Positions 8,752 through 18,083 of a stretch of DNA of 64,000 nt are shown here, in pieces. Each line of letters starts with the position of its first letter. Position 1 is the stretch's first letter. The position numbers and the translations under genes are program-made. The notes beneath the pieces are model-generated. The model was not told the DNA's origin and searched no databases. It saw nothing but the letters and a program-made list of their open reading frames with translations. This DNA comes from Candidatus Latescibacterota bacterium. GTDB lineage: Bacteria; Latescibacterota; UBA2968. The stretch spans positions 5,088,001-5,152,000 of the forward strand of contig OZ242311.1 of NCBI GenBank assembly GCA_965207885.1. The letters run 5' to 3'.

Positions 8752-9663
8752 CTACGCCTCATACGGCACCCCGGTGCGCCGCAACTCCTTGGTCACTGCA
8801 ATCTGACACGTAACATAGCCACCCATATAGCCCGTAGCATAGCCGGGCCGCGCATCGCCAATCGTGCCCACAATCATATTGGCGTATTCATACGTCGTAT
8901 CGTAGCGATCAATAATCAGCGCCACCATCTCCAGCCATGCCAGCCTGAGAGCCTCACCCCATTCAGCCGCCCGGGCACTCGTCAGATACTCCTCAGCGGC
9001 CTCTACCACCGTAGTCGTCTCCACCACCGGACTGCTATTGGGAAACCCGGGAGAGCGATCCGCCTTTATAGTAACCGCCGCATCGATCTCCACACCAGCA
9101 CCTGTCAACTCGCCATCGCCCATCCGAGCATGGACATCGCCCAGAGAGAGCAACCCCCCGGGCTTTTGGGCGCGAATATGCACAGTACTGCCCGGCTGCA
9201 CCGCATTAAAATCCATATTGCCGCCGTGATCAATCGAATGGGCAGCCCACGGTTCCAACTGAACCACGCCAACCATGGGACGCACCGGCACCACAAAATC
9301 CGGCGGAAAGTGGATCAACCCATCGCGCACTGGCGCAACGCAGCGCCAATTGCCCCAGTTTGGCCCTCCGTTGCGATAAAAACCGTAAGGACCCACCTCA
9401 ATATCGATAATCTCAATAGCGACCCAGTCATCAGGCGCAATCTCCTCAATGCGAAAAGGACCACCACGACGGGCATAGCGGCGGTGGCTTTCCCCGGAAG
9501 TAATCATCCCCGCACGAACCTCACCAGCAGCCTCAAAATCATTGTCGGCTCCACCAATCGTCTCAATAACAACAGTTTCACCCAGGGCAAGCGTACCCCG
9601 CACCTCGCCAATAGCCGGATCATCCGGACCGCTGTAATAAGGCGTTCGCGTAAAGCGACGCAT
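8752..9663 (-). CDS. acetamidase/formamidase-family protein
   Basis: RPMVGVV, HGGNMD, LSLGDVHARMGDGELTGAGVE. Confidence 0.85.
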   Translation of the reverse strand: MRRFTRTPYYSGPDDPAIGEVRGTLALGETVVIETIGGADNDFEAAGEVRAGMITSGESHRRYARRGGPFRIEEIAPDDWVAIEIIDIEVGPYGFYRNGGPNWGNWRCVAPVRDGLIHFPPDFVVPVRPMVGVVQLEPWAAHSIDHGGNMDFNAVQPGSTVHIRAQKPGGLLSLGDVHARMGDGELTGAGVEIDAAVTIKADRSPGFPNSSPVVETTTVVEAAEEYLTSARAAEWGEALRLAWLEMVALIIDRYDTTYEYANMIVGTIGDARPGYATGYMGGYVTCQIAVTKELRRTGVPYEA

Positions 9664-9691
9664 AGAAAATCTCCTTATGTAATAGGTACTT

Positions 9692-10813
9692 TTACCGTGG
9701 ATCCCCCGGTCGCCAGCGGTGCTTCTCAACACCGTCCATATCGAGTTCTATACCCCAGCCCGGTCCCTGTGGCAGCAATATACACCCGGCTTCAATTCTC
9801 AGCGGCTCAGTGATAATCTCATCCCGCCATTCAATACCCGTGACCAGTTCCATAGGCGCGACATTGGGTATAGACGCCATCAGATGAGTTGCCGCGGCAA
9901 TGCCCACCGGACCCTTGGTATTGTGCGGCGAAATGGGAACGTGGTACGTATCGGCAATCGCAGCAATCTTCCGAACCTCCGTAATCCCCCCGGCATACAT
10001 CAGATCCGGCTGGGCAATATCGACACCATCCAGATCCAACAACTGGCGGAACTGGCTCCTCGTATTGAGCCGCTCCGACCCCATCACCGGAATATTAATA
10101 GCGTGTCGCACCTTGGGATAAGCACTTAAATCGTCTGGCGGCACCGGATCCTCAAACGCGTACAGACCAAAAGGCTCCAATACTCGTGCCAGACGAATAC
10201 AACCGGACACAGTCAAACGCCCGTGACAATCGATAAACAGCTTGACATCGGGACCCACTGCCTGGCGCACCGCCTCAAAACGGGCGGCTGTTTGTCTGGG
10301 ATCGCCCGTCTCGACATACGGATCAAATTGATCATCACTATCGCTACCCATACCGCCTTTAAGTGCCCGAAAACCGAGTTCCACCAGCCGTTGCGCATGC
10401 GCCGCAGCCGTCTCCGGCGTACTCCCGCCAAAATGGGTGTACACCTCGACCCGATCGCGGAACACACCGCCCAATAACTCCACAACCGGCATACCCGCCA
10501 CCTTGCCCTTTATATCCCACAAAGCCTGATCAATACCGGATAACGCACTCATCCATACAGGCCCGCTCATGCGCCAGATACCGCTCAGCGAAGACTGCCG
10601 AAACAAATAGTACCACAGATACTCAATCCGCGCGGGATCACAACCGATGAGTTCTTGTTTCATATGCTCGACCGCAGCGCAGACCACGGGTTCCTTATTC
10701 GAATACGTGGCCTCACCCAAACCCATAAGCCCCTCATCGGTATGGACCCGAACAATCGTCCACTTGCGGCCAGGAGAATTAATCATAATAGTATCTATAT
10801 CGACGATCTTCAT
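9692..10813 (-). CDS. mandelate racemase/galactonate dehydratase-like enolase-superfamily enzyme
   Basis: GLGEAT, ALSGIDQALWDIKGK, IDCHGR, FEDP, SERL, QPDL, SPHN. Confidence 0.9.
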   Translation of the reverse strand: MKIVDIDTIMINSPGRKWTIVRVHTDEGLMGLGEATYSNKEPVVCAAVEHMKQELIGCDPARIEYLWYYLFRQSSLSGIWRMSGPVWMSALSGIDQALWDIKGKVAGMPVVELLGGVFRDRVEVYTHFGGSTPETAAAHAQRLVELGFRALKGGMGSDSDDQFDPYVETGDPRQTAARFEAVRQAVGPDVKLFIDCHGRLTVSGCIRLARVLEPFGLYAFEDPVPPDDLSAYPKVRHAINIPVMGSERLNTRSQFRQLLDLDGVDIAQPDLMYAGGITEVRKIAAIADTYHVPISPHNTKGPVGIAAATHLMASIPNVAPMELVTGIEWRDEIITEPLRIEAGCILLPQGPGWGIELDMDGVEKHRWRPGDPR

Positions 10814-10835
10814 ACCGCGATCCAAACCCAAAAAA

Positions 10836-11783
10836 TCATTCCAATTGACCTTTATGTCCCGCCTCAATCGCTTCGCACAACCTCATCGTCTTGATCGCAT
10901 CCTCAAGCGTGCTCCAAGGCTGCGTATCGTTTTGTATGCACGCCACGAAATGCCGGGTCTCGTTAAAGTCGGGACCGCCGACCGATTCCAGATCCAGTTC
11001 GCCCTCGAACGGCCCTCCGTCAGCATAGATCTCACACCTGGGGCCACTTGTGAGATCCACATACGCGCTGAAATCTTCCGCATGCGCTTCAAACCGCTGA
11101 ATGCGGTATCCAACAGCGTAGTGGCTCATCATCACGCCCCGGCAGCCGCTTTCGAACTTGATCACGGCATTGTGGCGCATCTCGGCAGGGTGGGAAGGCG
11201 CAGACCACGCCTCTGAGTAAACCTCGACAGCATCACCTGCCAGCCACCGCAACAGATCCACATGGTGGATCGCGTCCAATCGGATAAGATGGCCGACATC
11301 CCGGACCTTGTCCCCAATATGCGGCTTGTTGTACGTCGCCGCCACATGAACGGGTCCACCTCGATCTTGCAGCATGGCCCGAATCGCCAGCACTTCTGGA
11401 ATGTACCGCCGGTTTACCGAAACAATCGCCCTGGCGCTGGATCGCCGTTCGGCCTCCATCATCCGTCGGGTCTGATCCGAACTGATGCCCGGCGGCTTCT
11501 CGACCGAAGTGTGCAGCCCGGCCTCCAGACAGTCGATCACAATGTCGGGCAGTGGCCCCGGAAAGGTCACAACATAGACCACGTCTAATTGCACCTTCTC
11601 GATCATCTCCCGGTAATCCGTAAAAAGGGACGTCACGCCGTGCGTTTCTCGCGTGTGCGCCAATCTTTCTGGATCCAGGTCTGCAACCGCAACCAACGCC
11701 ATTTCCGGCTCGTCATGGATCATCCTGAAGTGGCTCTGTGCATGACCCCCCGCACCGATAATCCCCACTCTTAGCTCTGACAT
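10836..11783 (-). CDS. Gfo/Idh/MocA-family oxidoreductase
   Basis: VGIIGAGGHA Rossmann motif, VEKP, NRRY, AIHHVD. Confidence 0.9.
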   Translation of the reverse strand: MSELRVGIIGAGGHAQSHFRMIHDEPEMALVAVADLDPERLAHTRETHGVTSLFTDYREMIEKVQLDVVYVVTFPGPLPDIVIDCLEAGLHTSVEKPPGISSDQTRRMMEAERRSSARAIVSVNRRYIPEVLAIRAMLQDRGGPVHVAATYNKPHIGDKVRDVGHLIRLDAIHHVDLLRWLAGDAVEVYSEAWSAPSHPAEMRHNAVIKFESGCRGVMMSHYAVGYRIQRFEAHAEDFSAYVDLTSGPRCEIYADGGPFEGELDLESVGGPDFNETRHFVACIQNDTQPWSTLEDAIKTMRLCEAIEAGHKGQLE

Positions 11784-11798
11784 CGTTGTACCTCTCTT

Positions 11799-12614
11799 TC
11801 AAATACAATGAGACCCAAACTCGCGGTATTCTCGCACCGGCAACTCGTGATACTCGCGCACCAGCTTTTCCAGGCGTTCACAGGCCAGTTCAAAAATGCG
11901 CGCACCCTTTTCCGCACTCGCAGCAAACGCATCGCCCATAATACCCGTATCCTTTTTCGTATCCCGCCTCCGCTCGGCAAACTCCGCAAACGACAGATCA
12001 TCGCTAAACGGCCTTGTCCCTGTCACATCGCTATCAATACGGTTCTTATCAACCAGATGTTCGCGCAAGTGAAGCTGCACAGCCGTCTCCCACTCCCCGG
12101 CGTGTCCCACGCCTTCATTTGTCGCACTCCATTCCCTCAACTCCTTATCCACCATATCCCACCAGCTAAATGAAAGCGTAAAAATATTCTCCTCTGCCAC
12201 CTGCCAGGAAACAGCGCGACAGGGCGCGGCATTGCCCCCGTGTCCATTCACGGAAATAATCCGCTTGAACCCATTGGCATAAATACTCCGAAAAATATCC
12301 GCCAGCAAATTCTGAAACGTCTCCAAACGCAAATTAATCGTACCGGGAAATCCCATATTATAATGCGTAAACCCCGACCACACCGGCGGCGCGACAATCA
12401 CGGGAAAATCATCCACGCGCTGGGCCACAGCCACCGCCATATAGAACGGCGCCGAAATATCCACATCCATCGGGCAATGCGGCCCGTGCTGCTCCACGGA
12501 TCCCACCGGCACAATCACCACAGGATCGCGCTCCAAAGCGTCCTCAAACTCATGCCGCCACATCTCCTGCCACATCACCTTCTTATTGCTACCATCATAA
12601 GAAACTCTATACAT
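11799..12614 (-). CDS. creatininase-family amidohydrolase
   Basis: PVGSVEQHGPHCPMDVD, NGHGGN, HAGEWET, ASAEKG. Confidence 0.92.
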   Translation of the reverse strand: MYRVSYDGSNKKVMWQEMWRHEFEDALERDPVVIVPVGSVEQHGPHCPMDVDISAPFYMAVAVAQRVDDFPVIVAPPVWSGFTHYNMGFPGTINLRLETFQNLLADIFRSIYANGFKRIISVNGHGGNAAPCRAVSWQVAEENIFTLSFSWWDMVDKELREWSATNEGVGHAGEWETAVQLHLREHLVDKNRIDSDVTGTRPFSDDLSFAEFAERRRDTKKDTGIMGDAFAASAEKGARIFELACERLEKLVREYHELPVREYREFGSHCI

Positions 12615-12633
12615 AACTAATCCTCCCAGAAAC

Positions 12634-14403
12634 TCACCCCATCGCAAACCGCAAACAGAAATCTTGCGATAGTTCTTCCGGTGTAAAAATTACGCGCGTG
12701 ACCACCTCATCTGTGCGCCCTTCTTTTGACTCCTCTTCAAATCGCTTGACCGAAAACGCGCCCGGTGTATCCACTGCAGAAAGTGTAACACCCTCGCCTT
12801 CGGGACCAATCTGAACCAAATCCCCGTCAACCTGCACATCCTCAAACGTAATAAACCCTTCCTCAAGCGTCTGCGGCACACTGCTAAACACATAGCGATC
12901 TTCTATTGTCAGAACATTCCCATCCAGCACAAAGGTGCGCGTCAGACTCTTCACCGTACCTTCGGGATACGCGTGTGTCATATCTATCACCGCGCGTTTT
13001 TCGCCCTCACCATTCAAATTCTCTACCTCCAGCGTACCGAAATACTCCCCGCCGGGCTGCTGCAACTGCCCGTCGATCACGGGCACAGAATGACCCAGCG
13101 CATTGCAAAACAGAATATCGTAGCGATCGGGACCAAAGGTCTTCTGGCTATAAACAGGACCCGCGGGATCCGTCAACCAGAGCGCATCCCCGCGATGCAC
13201 AATAAAACTGCCGATATCGTTGTGATTGTGCGGCACTCCATTATTACCCGCCAGACACATCAGCGTCAACTGCTCTTTCCCGGGCGTCCCCCGCAACTTC
13301 GCCTGTCCCAAATCGGGCAAAACATAATCCCGGTCATCCGTCTCTACCTCCACCTCAAATCCGGAATACATCGCCATGCTGTGCATATCTCGCACCTTCA
13401 AAGTATTATCCGAATGCTTGTCGCACAGGGCGTATAGTTCGGGCATATCAAAAAACGCATTGACAATCATCGCAGACCGCGCACCCGTATATCCGTGGCT
13501 CGAATCCGCAAACGTCGAGCGCAACGCACCCTGAATATGCGCCGCGAGCGGATACTGGCATATCCGATGAATTTTACCAGTCTCATCCACCATCAAATTC
13601 AATTCCCCATTGGTCTTCAAATACAGCGCATAGGCAACGTACAAAAAATGCCCAAAACCGTATTCCCAATACCCCGGCCCCTCTTCGCACCCGCCATCAT
13701 CTGTAAAGCCATCCAGCGCATACGTCAAATTCACAATCGCCGCGTGGGTCATATGAGCCAGCACATCGGGATCCTGGATCTGATACAGCGCGGCGCGAAT
13801 AATCTCGCCATTGCAAACGTGATTCCAATTCATCCGCACGGTCTTCCAAAAATCCAGATGTCTATAATTCCAGAACGGCTCAAAAATATGCTCCTCAATC
13901 TTCCGCGAAACGCGCGCTACCACTTCTTCTTCGAGTTGATCACCCAGAACATGTAAAATTTCTGCAAACGCAGCCCCCAATGCAGCCGATCCCAGATCAA
14001 TAGCCCGACCTTCGTGCGCGGCCATCACCCAGGTATGATCGTCGCAATACGCCCAGAGCAAATCCTGCAAATAATCCACATCGGCATTGGGATGTCCCAG
14101 CCACAAAGCCATCGCTGCCCGCTCCAACTCGCGTCTGCGATTGCCTGCCACAGCCTGTGGCAAATTGCGATCTCCAACCCGCTGATAATTGCGAAAAGCC
14201 GACCGCTTCAACACGGGAATCTCACGGCTCCCATCCAGATTCTCGCTCAAATCATCCCACACCTCATTCTTCTTCGCCAATTCCCTCGCCCGCTCCACCG
14301 CCTCTGCATCCTTGAGATACGGCGCGGGTGATTGATCTGCATTTCTCTCGTAAATCTCCGCCAGATCGGACATCGCAACATCCCTCAGCAACATCTTCAC
14401 CAT
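12634..14403 (-). CDS. heparinase II/III-family protein
   Basis: NWNHVCNG, DGGCEEGPGYWEYG, HNHNDIGSFI, GHSVPVIDG; GAGGTG RBS. Confidence 0.85.
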   Translation of the reverse strand: MVKMLLRDVAMSDLAEIYERNADQSPAPYLKDAEAVERARELAKKNEVWDDLSENLDGSREIPVLKRSAFRNYQRVGDRNLPQAVAGNRRRELERAAMALWLGHPNADVDYLQDLLWAYCDDHTWVMAAHEGRAIDLGSAALGAAFAEILHVLGDQLEEEVVARVSRKIEEHIFEPFWNYRHLDFWKTVRMNWNHVCNGEIIRAALYQIQDPDVLAHMTHAAIVNLTYALDGFTDDGGCEEGPGYWEYGFGHFLYVAYALYLKTNGELNLMVDETGKIHRICQYPLAAHIQGALRSTFADSSHGYTGARSAMIVNAFFDMPELYALCDKHSDNTLKVRDMHSMAMYSGFEVEVETDDRDYVLPDLGQAKLRGTPGKEQLTLMCLAGNNGVPHNHNDIGSFIVHRGDALWLTDPAGPVYSQKTFGPDRYDILFCNALGHSVPVIDGQLQQPGGEYFGTLEVENLNGEGEKRAVIDMTHAYPEGTVKSLTRTFVLDGNVLTIEDRYVFSSVPQTLEEGFITFEDVQVDGDLVQIGPEGEGVTLSAVDTPGAFSVKRFEEESKEGRTDEVVTRVIFTPEELSQDFCLRFAMG

Positions 14404-14430
14404 ATTTCACCTCTCAAAAAATAACACAGC

Positions 14431-15687
14431 CTACCCAAACCGATCCACTTTCAGTGCAGACAGATCAATAGAAGGCACTTCATCGGAAACCAATTCTGCC
14501 ACCAACTTCCCAGTAACAGGCCCCAGAGAAATGCCAATCATCGCATGACCGGCAGCGACAATCACATTCCCAACCCCGGGAGCGCGACCGAGAAATGGCA
14601 CCCCATCGGGCGTACAGGGCCGCAAACCGCACCAGATTTCTATCATATCGAGATAATCGGGACTCAAATCGGGAAAATACTCGGGCACAGCCCTGAGAAT
14701 AGCCTGCACGCGCCGCTGATTGATCGAAAAATCGAGACCCGCCAATTCGAGCGTACCCGCAAACCGTAGCATATCACCCATAGGCGTAATACCGACCTTT
14801 GCTTCCCCCAGAGAAAATGGCGTTGTCGGACAAGCATCAGGTCGCTTAAAAGTAATACTATACCCCTTGGCAGGTTGAATCGGCAGATTGATACGAAGAT
14901 CCTTGGCAATCACAGGCGACCAGGATCCACCCGCCAATATGATATGCTCCGCCTGGAAATCCCCCCGAGTAGTCTTCACAGTAACCACGCGACCGCGCGA
15001 AATTTCAAACCCCAGAACCTCTGTCTCCCTGTGAATGCGAACGCCCTTTCCACCAACGTAATCCGCCAGCCCACACACAAAGCGATGTGGCACGAGATGG
15101 GCATCCTCGGGAAAAAATATCCCCCCAAGCACCCGTATCCGAATACCCGGATTTAATGCCACAATCTCATCGGCATTGAGAACCCGTGTCTCAACCCCCA
15201 TTTCCGACAAAAAACGCGCGTCTTTAACCGCCTTTGCCAAACCCTTCTCGGTTCTATACGCCGTGATCGTCCCCCTCTTCTCAAACCCAAAATCCATGCC
15301 CTCGAGCGATGCCATATCTTCAAACAACGCCACACTCGCCATATTCATCGCCCGAATAACAGGCGTAGCCCGTACAACATGCTTCTCATTACATGCACGG
15401 CGAAAATGCCACAACCAGGAAATCAAATCCCGGTCCAAACGCGGCTTAATATAAAACGGACTCTCTGGATTCAACATCCACTTCAGGCTTTGAGACACCA
15501 CCCCCGGAGCGGATAGAGGTATGCTGTGACTCGGCACAACAAGCCCCCCATTCCCATACGAACACCCCGAACAAATATCGCCTTTATCAACCAGCGCGAC
15601 ATCTCTACCCGCAGCATTCAAATAATAAGCCGAGCAAACACCGATTGCTCCACCGCCAACAATCAATATCTCTGCCTGTTCACTCAT
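14431..15687 (-). CDS. D-amino acid dehydrogenase-like FAD-dependent oxidoreductase
   Basis: GGGAIG, CSYGNGG, PAKGYSIT, WCGLRPCTPDGVP, GHAMIGISLGPVTG. Confidence 0.88.
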   Translation of the reverse strand: MSEQAEILIVGGGAIGVCSAYYLNAAGRDVALVDKGDICSGCSYGNGGLVVPSHSIPLSAPGVVSQSLKWMLNPESPFYIKPRLDRDLISWLWHFRRACNEKHVVRATPVIRAMNMASVALFEDMASLEGMDFGFEKRGTITAYRTEKGLAKAVKDARFLSEMGVETRVLNADEIVALNPGIRIRVLGGIFFPEDAHLVPHRFVCGLADYVGGKGVRIHRETEVLGFEISRGRVVTVKTTRGDFQAEHIILAGGSWSPVIAKDLRINLPIQPAKGYSITFKRPDACPTTPFSLGEAKVGITPMGDMLRFAGTLELAGLDFSINQRRVQAILRAVPEYFPDLSPDYLDMIEIWCGLRPCTPDGVPFLGRAPGVGNVIVAAGHAMIGISLGPVTGKLVAELVSDEVPSIDLSALKVDRFG

Positions 15688-15698
15688 CTGTACAGACC

Positions 15699-17138
15699 TC
15701 AACCTGCGCGGTGGTCCAAAACGACCGCTTTGAGCTGAGCCACAACCTCCCCATAGGCGGGATCTTCCACACAATTATTCAACTCGCCCGGATCTCTCGC
15801 CAGATCGTACAACTCACAGGGCGTCTCCGTTGGAACATGCAACGTAAAGCGATAGCCTTCATTTCGCACTCCGGTCCAATCCTCAATCGTCGAAAACACG
15901 TACTCATATCCGCCAGAACCGTGTTCCAACATCGGCAACAGTGATTGTCCGCGGGCACCTTCGGGCGGTGCCACCTGCCCAATCTCTGCAATTGTCGAAA
16001 CCACATCGATCAACTGCGTGAAATCGCTACAAACCCCTCGGCTCTTGCGATCCGGCGGACTGACAATCAGCGGAACCTGAACCGAACCCTCGTAAAAACA
16101 GTGCTTTGCCCACAAATGGTGTTCGCCGAGCATCTCGCCGTGGTCCGCGCTGTAAATAATCCACGTATTGTCCAGTTCCCCCAACTTATCCAGCGTATCA
16201 ATCACCTCGCCAATCTTCTGATCGACCAGAGAAACAGCACCCAGATAATGCCTGATACCTTCGCGCACAAAATCATCCGTCATCGTCTGAACCTGAGAAT
16301 GCGCCTTGAGCCGTTTGACCTTTCCAGCCCAAACCTCATTCGTGGCTCGCGGCATCGTCATATCCGGCAATTCGATATCCGCATCTGCATAATAAGCCGC
16401 CCAAATCGGATCATCCATCAGCGGAACATGCGGCTGCACAAAACCCAGATGAAGATAAAACGGCTTCTCGGAATCGCGCGACTGCAACCAATCCATCGCG
16501 TGATCGGCAATAAAACTGGACAACTCGCATTCTTGCGGCAACACACTCGTCTCGCCCCGCCAGTGCGTGGGCGTAAGCCTGTAAATCCCCTGGATCTGTT
16601 CCTGATGCGCCTCCAGAAGACCCCGCGCATCGAGAAAATCCATATACGGACTTTTCACATGGCTCTGAACATGTCCATACCGATCGTATTCCTCCATCAC
16701 ATAATCCCACCCAAAATCCTTCACAAAATCCCCAAACTGCCGCGTATCGAAATTTTCCCCGCGTTCTCCCGCCTCCTGAGAACCGGGCCGCCCGTGATAG
16801 TGCGTCTTGCCAATCGACGCGGTCTCATACCCCCCGCCCTGCAACTGCTTCATAACCGTCGGCCATGCGGGTTTAAAAGGACTATCATCAACCGTATCCC
16901 CGCGATCAGCCGTAACATTGGACGTAAATCCCAACTCATGAGTATATCGCCCCGTAATCATCGTAGCCCTGCACGGCATACAAACCGGACACTGCGTCCA
17001 CGTCCGCTCAAAACGCATGCCCCAATCCGTTAGTCGATCCAGATTCGGCGTCTGGACCAGCGAATGCCCGGCACAGCCCAGCACATCGTGGCGGTGTTGA
17101 TCGCTAAAAATGAACAGAATATTGGGCTTCTTTGCCAT
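15699..17138 (-). CDS. Cys-type (formylglycine-dependent) sulfatase
   Basis: KPNILFIFSDQH, CMPCR (CxPxR) followed by ATMITG, GKTH, ADHGEMLG, ELYDLARDPGE. Confidence 0.92.
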   Translation of the reverse strand: MAKKPNILFIFSDQHRHDVLGCAGHSLVQTPNLDRLTDWGMRFERTWTQCPVCMPCRATMITGRYTHELGFTSNVTADRGDTVDDSPFKPAWPTVMKQLQGGGYETASIGKTHYHGRPGSQEAGERGENFDTRQFGDFVKDFGWDYVMEEYDRYGHVQSHVKSPYMDFLDARGLLEAHQEQIQGIYRLTPTHWRGETSVLPQECELSSFIADHAMDWLQSRDSEKPFYLHLGFVQPHVPLMDDPIWAAYYADADIELPDMTMPRATNEVWAGKVKRLKAHSQVQTMTDDFVREGIRHYLGAVSLVDQKIGEVIDTLDKLGELDNTWIIYSADHGEMLGEHHLWAKHCFYEGSVQVPLIVSPPDRKSRGVCSDFTQLIDVVSTIAEIGQVAPPEGARGQSLLPMLEHGSGGYEYVFSTIEDWTGVRNEGYRFTLHVPTETPCELYDLARDPGELNNCVEDPAYGEVVAQLKAVVLDHRAG

Positions 17139-17151
17139 CGACCTTCCTCCC

Positions 17152-18048
17152 TCACACAGGCATCTGCCTGCCCGAAATTGCACGACCAATTCTCGCCTGA
17201 TCTTCTCCGCCGCCAGAGAGAATCCTGACGCCCCAATCCATCAAAAACCGAATATTTTCCTCCGTACTCTTTGAAGAATCCTTCCACGAACACAAAAAAT
17301 GAATCCCATTCTCATCACACGCACCCTTCACAATACTTCGAGCCTCCTCCATAACCGGCGGATACGGTGGATCGTGGGCATCGGCAAAACCGTAGGACAT
17401 GCCCATATCCCCCGGTCCCCACTCCGCGAATGCCAGACCCGGGACCTTGCATATATACTCGGCATTCGCAACACACTCCCTATCCTCAATTTTAAGCCCC
17501 AGCATCAACTCGCCATCTGGATTCAGCGGCCATGGATCCGCTACCTGCGTGTACTCCGGTCCTTTAAGCCCCCAGATACCCGCAGCATATCCCTGTCCCC
17601 CCGCCCCGCGCTGCCCCTGCACCAATCCGCGATCCAGTCCAGCTGTTTGAAAAGGATACCTGCACTCCTCGACAAACGCCCTCACTGCATCCGCCTGCCG
17701 CGCGTGCGTATGCAAAATACCGTGAACCCCCGAACTCAAAACATGCCTGACCTGCCACGCATTGGCGCGAACCTCATGCACAGTGCGACAATTGGACGGC
17801 AGCGTCGCAAACACAGTCGGCGTGCGATGCCCCGAATTTGTGGGACCGCCATCCACCAGCCCTTGCATAAACGCGCGAAGACCAACCACATCAAACGGAC
17901 TGTGCTCGTAATCCACCATCAAAAAATCCGCCCACGTCTTTGCCTGCTTCTTCCCATTCTCATACGTAAGAGGGCCAGCACCCGTATAATAGAGATACTC
18001 GCCCTGTTCGAGAAGCTCAATACATCTGTTAATCCGTTTCTTTCCCAT
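17152..18048 (-). CDS. HpcH/HpaI aldolase/citrate lyase-family protein
   Basis: VDYEHSP, GLKIED, EWGPGDMGMSYG. Confidence 0.8.
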   Translation of the reverse strand: MGKKRINRCIELLEQGEYLYYTGAGPLTYENGKKQAKTWADFLMVDYEHSPFDVVGLRAFMQGLVDGGPTNSGHRTPTVFATLPSNCRTVHEVRANAWQVRHVLSSGVHGILHTHARQADAVRAFVEECRYPFQTAGLDRGLVQGQRGAGGQGYAAGIWGLKGPEYTQVADPWPLNPDGELMLGLKIEDRECVANAEYICKVPGLAFAEWGPGDMGMSYGFADAHDPPYPPVMEEARSIVKGACDENGIHFLCSWKDSSKSTEENIRFLMDWGVRILSGGGEDQARIGRAISGRQMPV

Positions 18049-18083
18049 TATTCGCTCCTATTGGTTATAGAGATCCCTTGTCC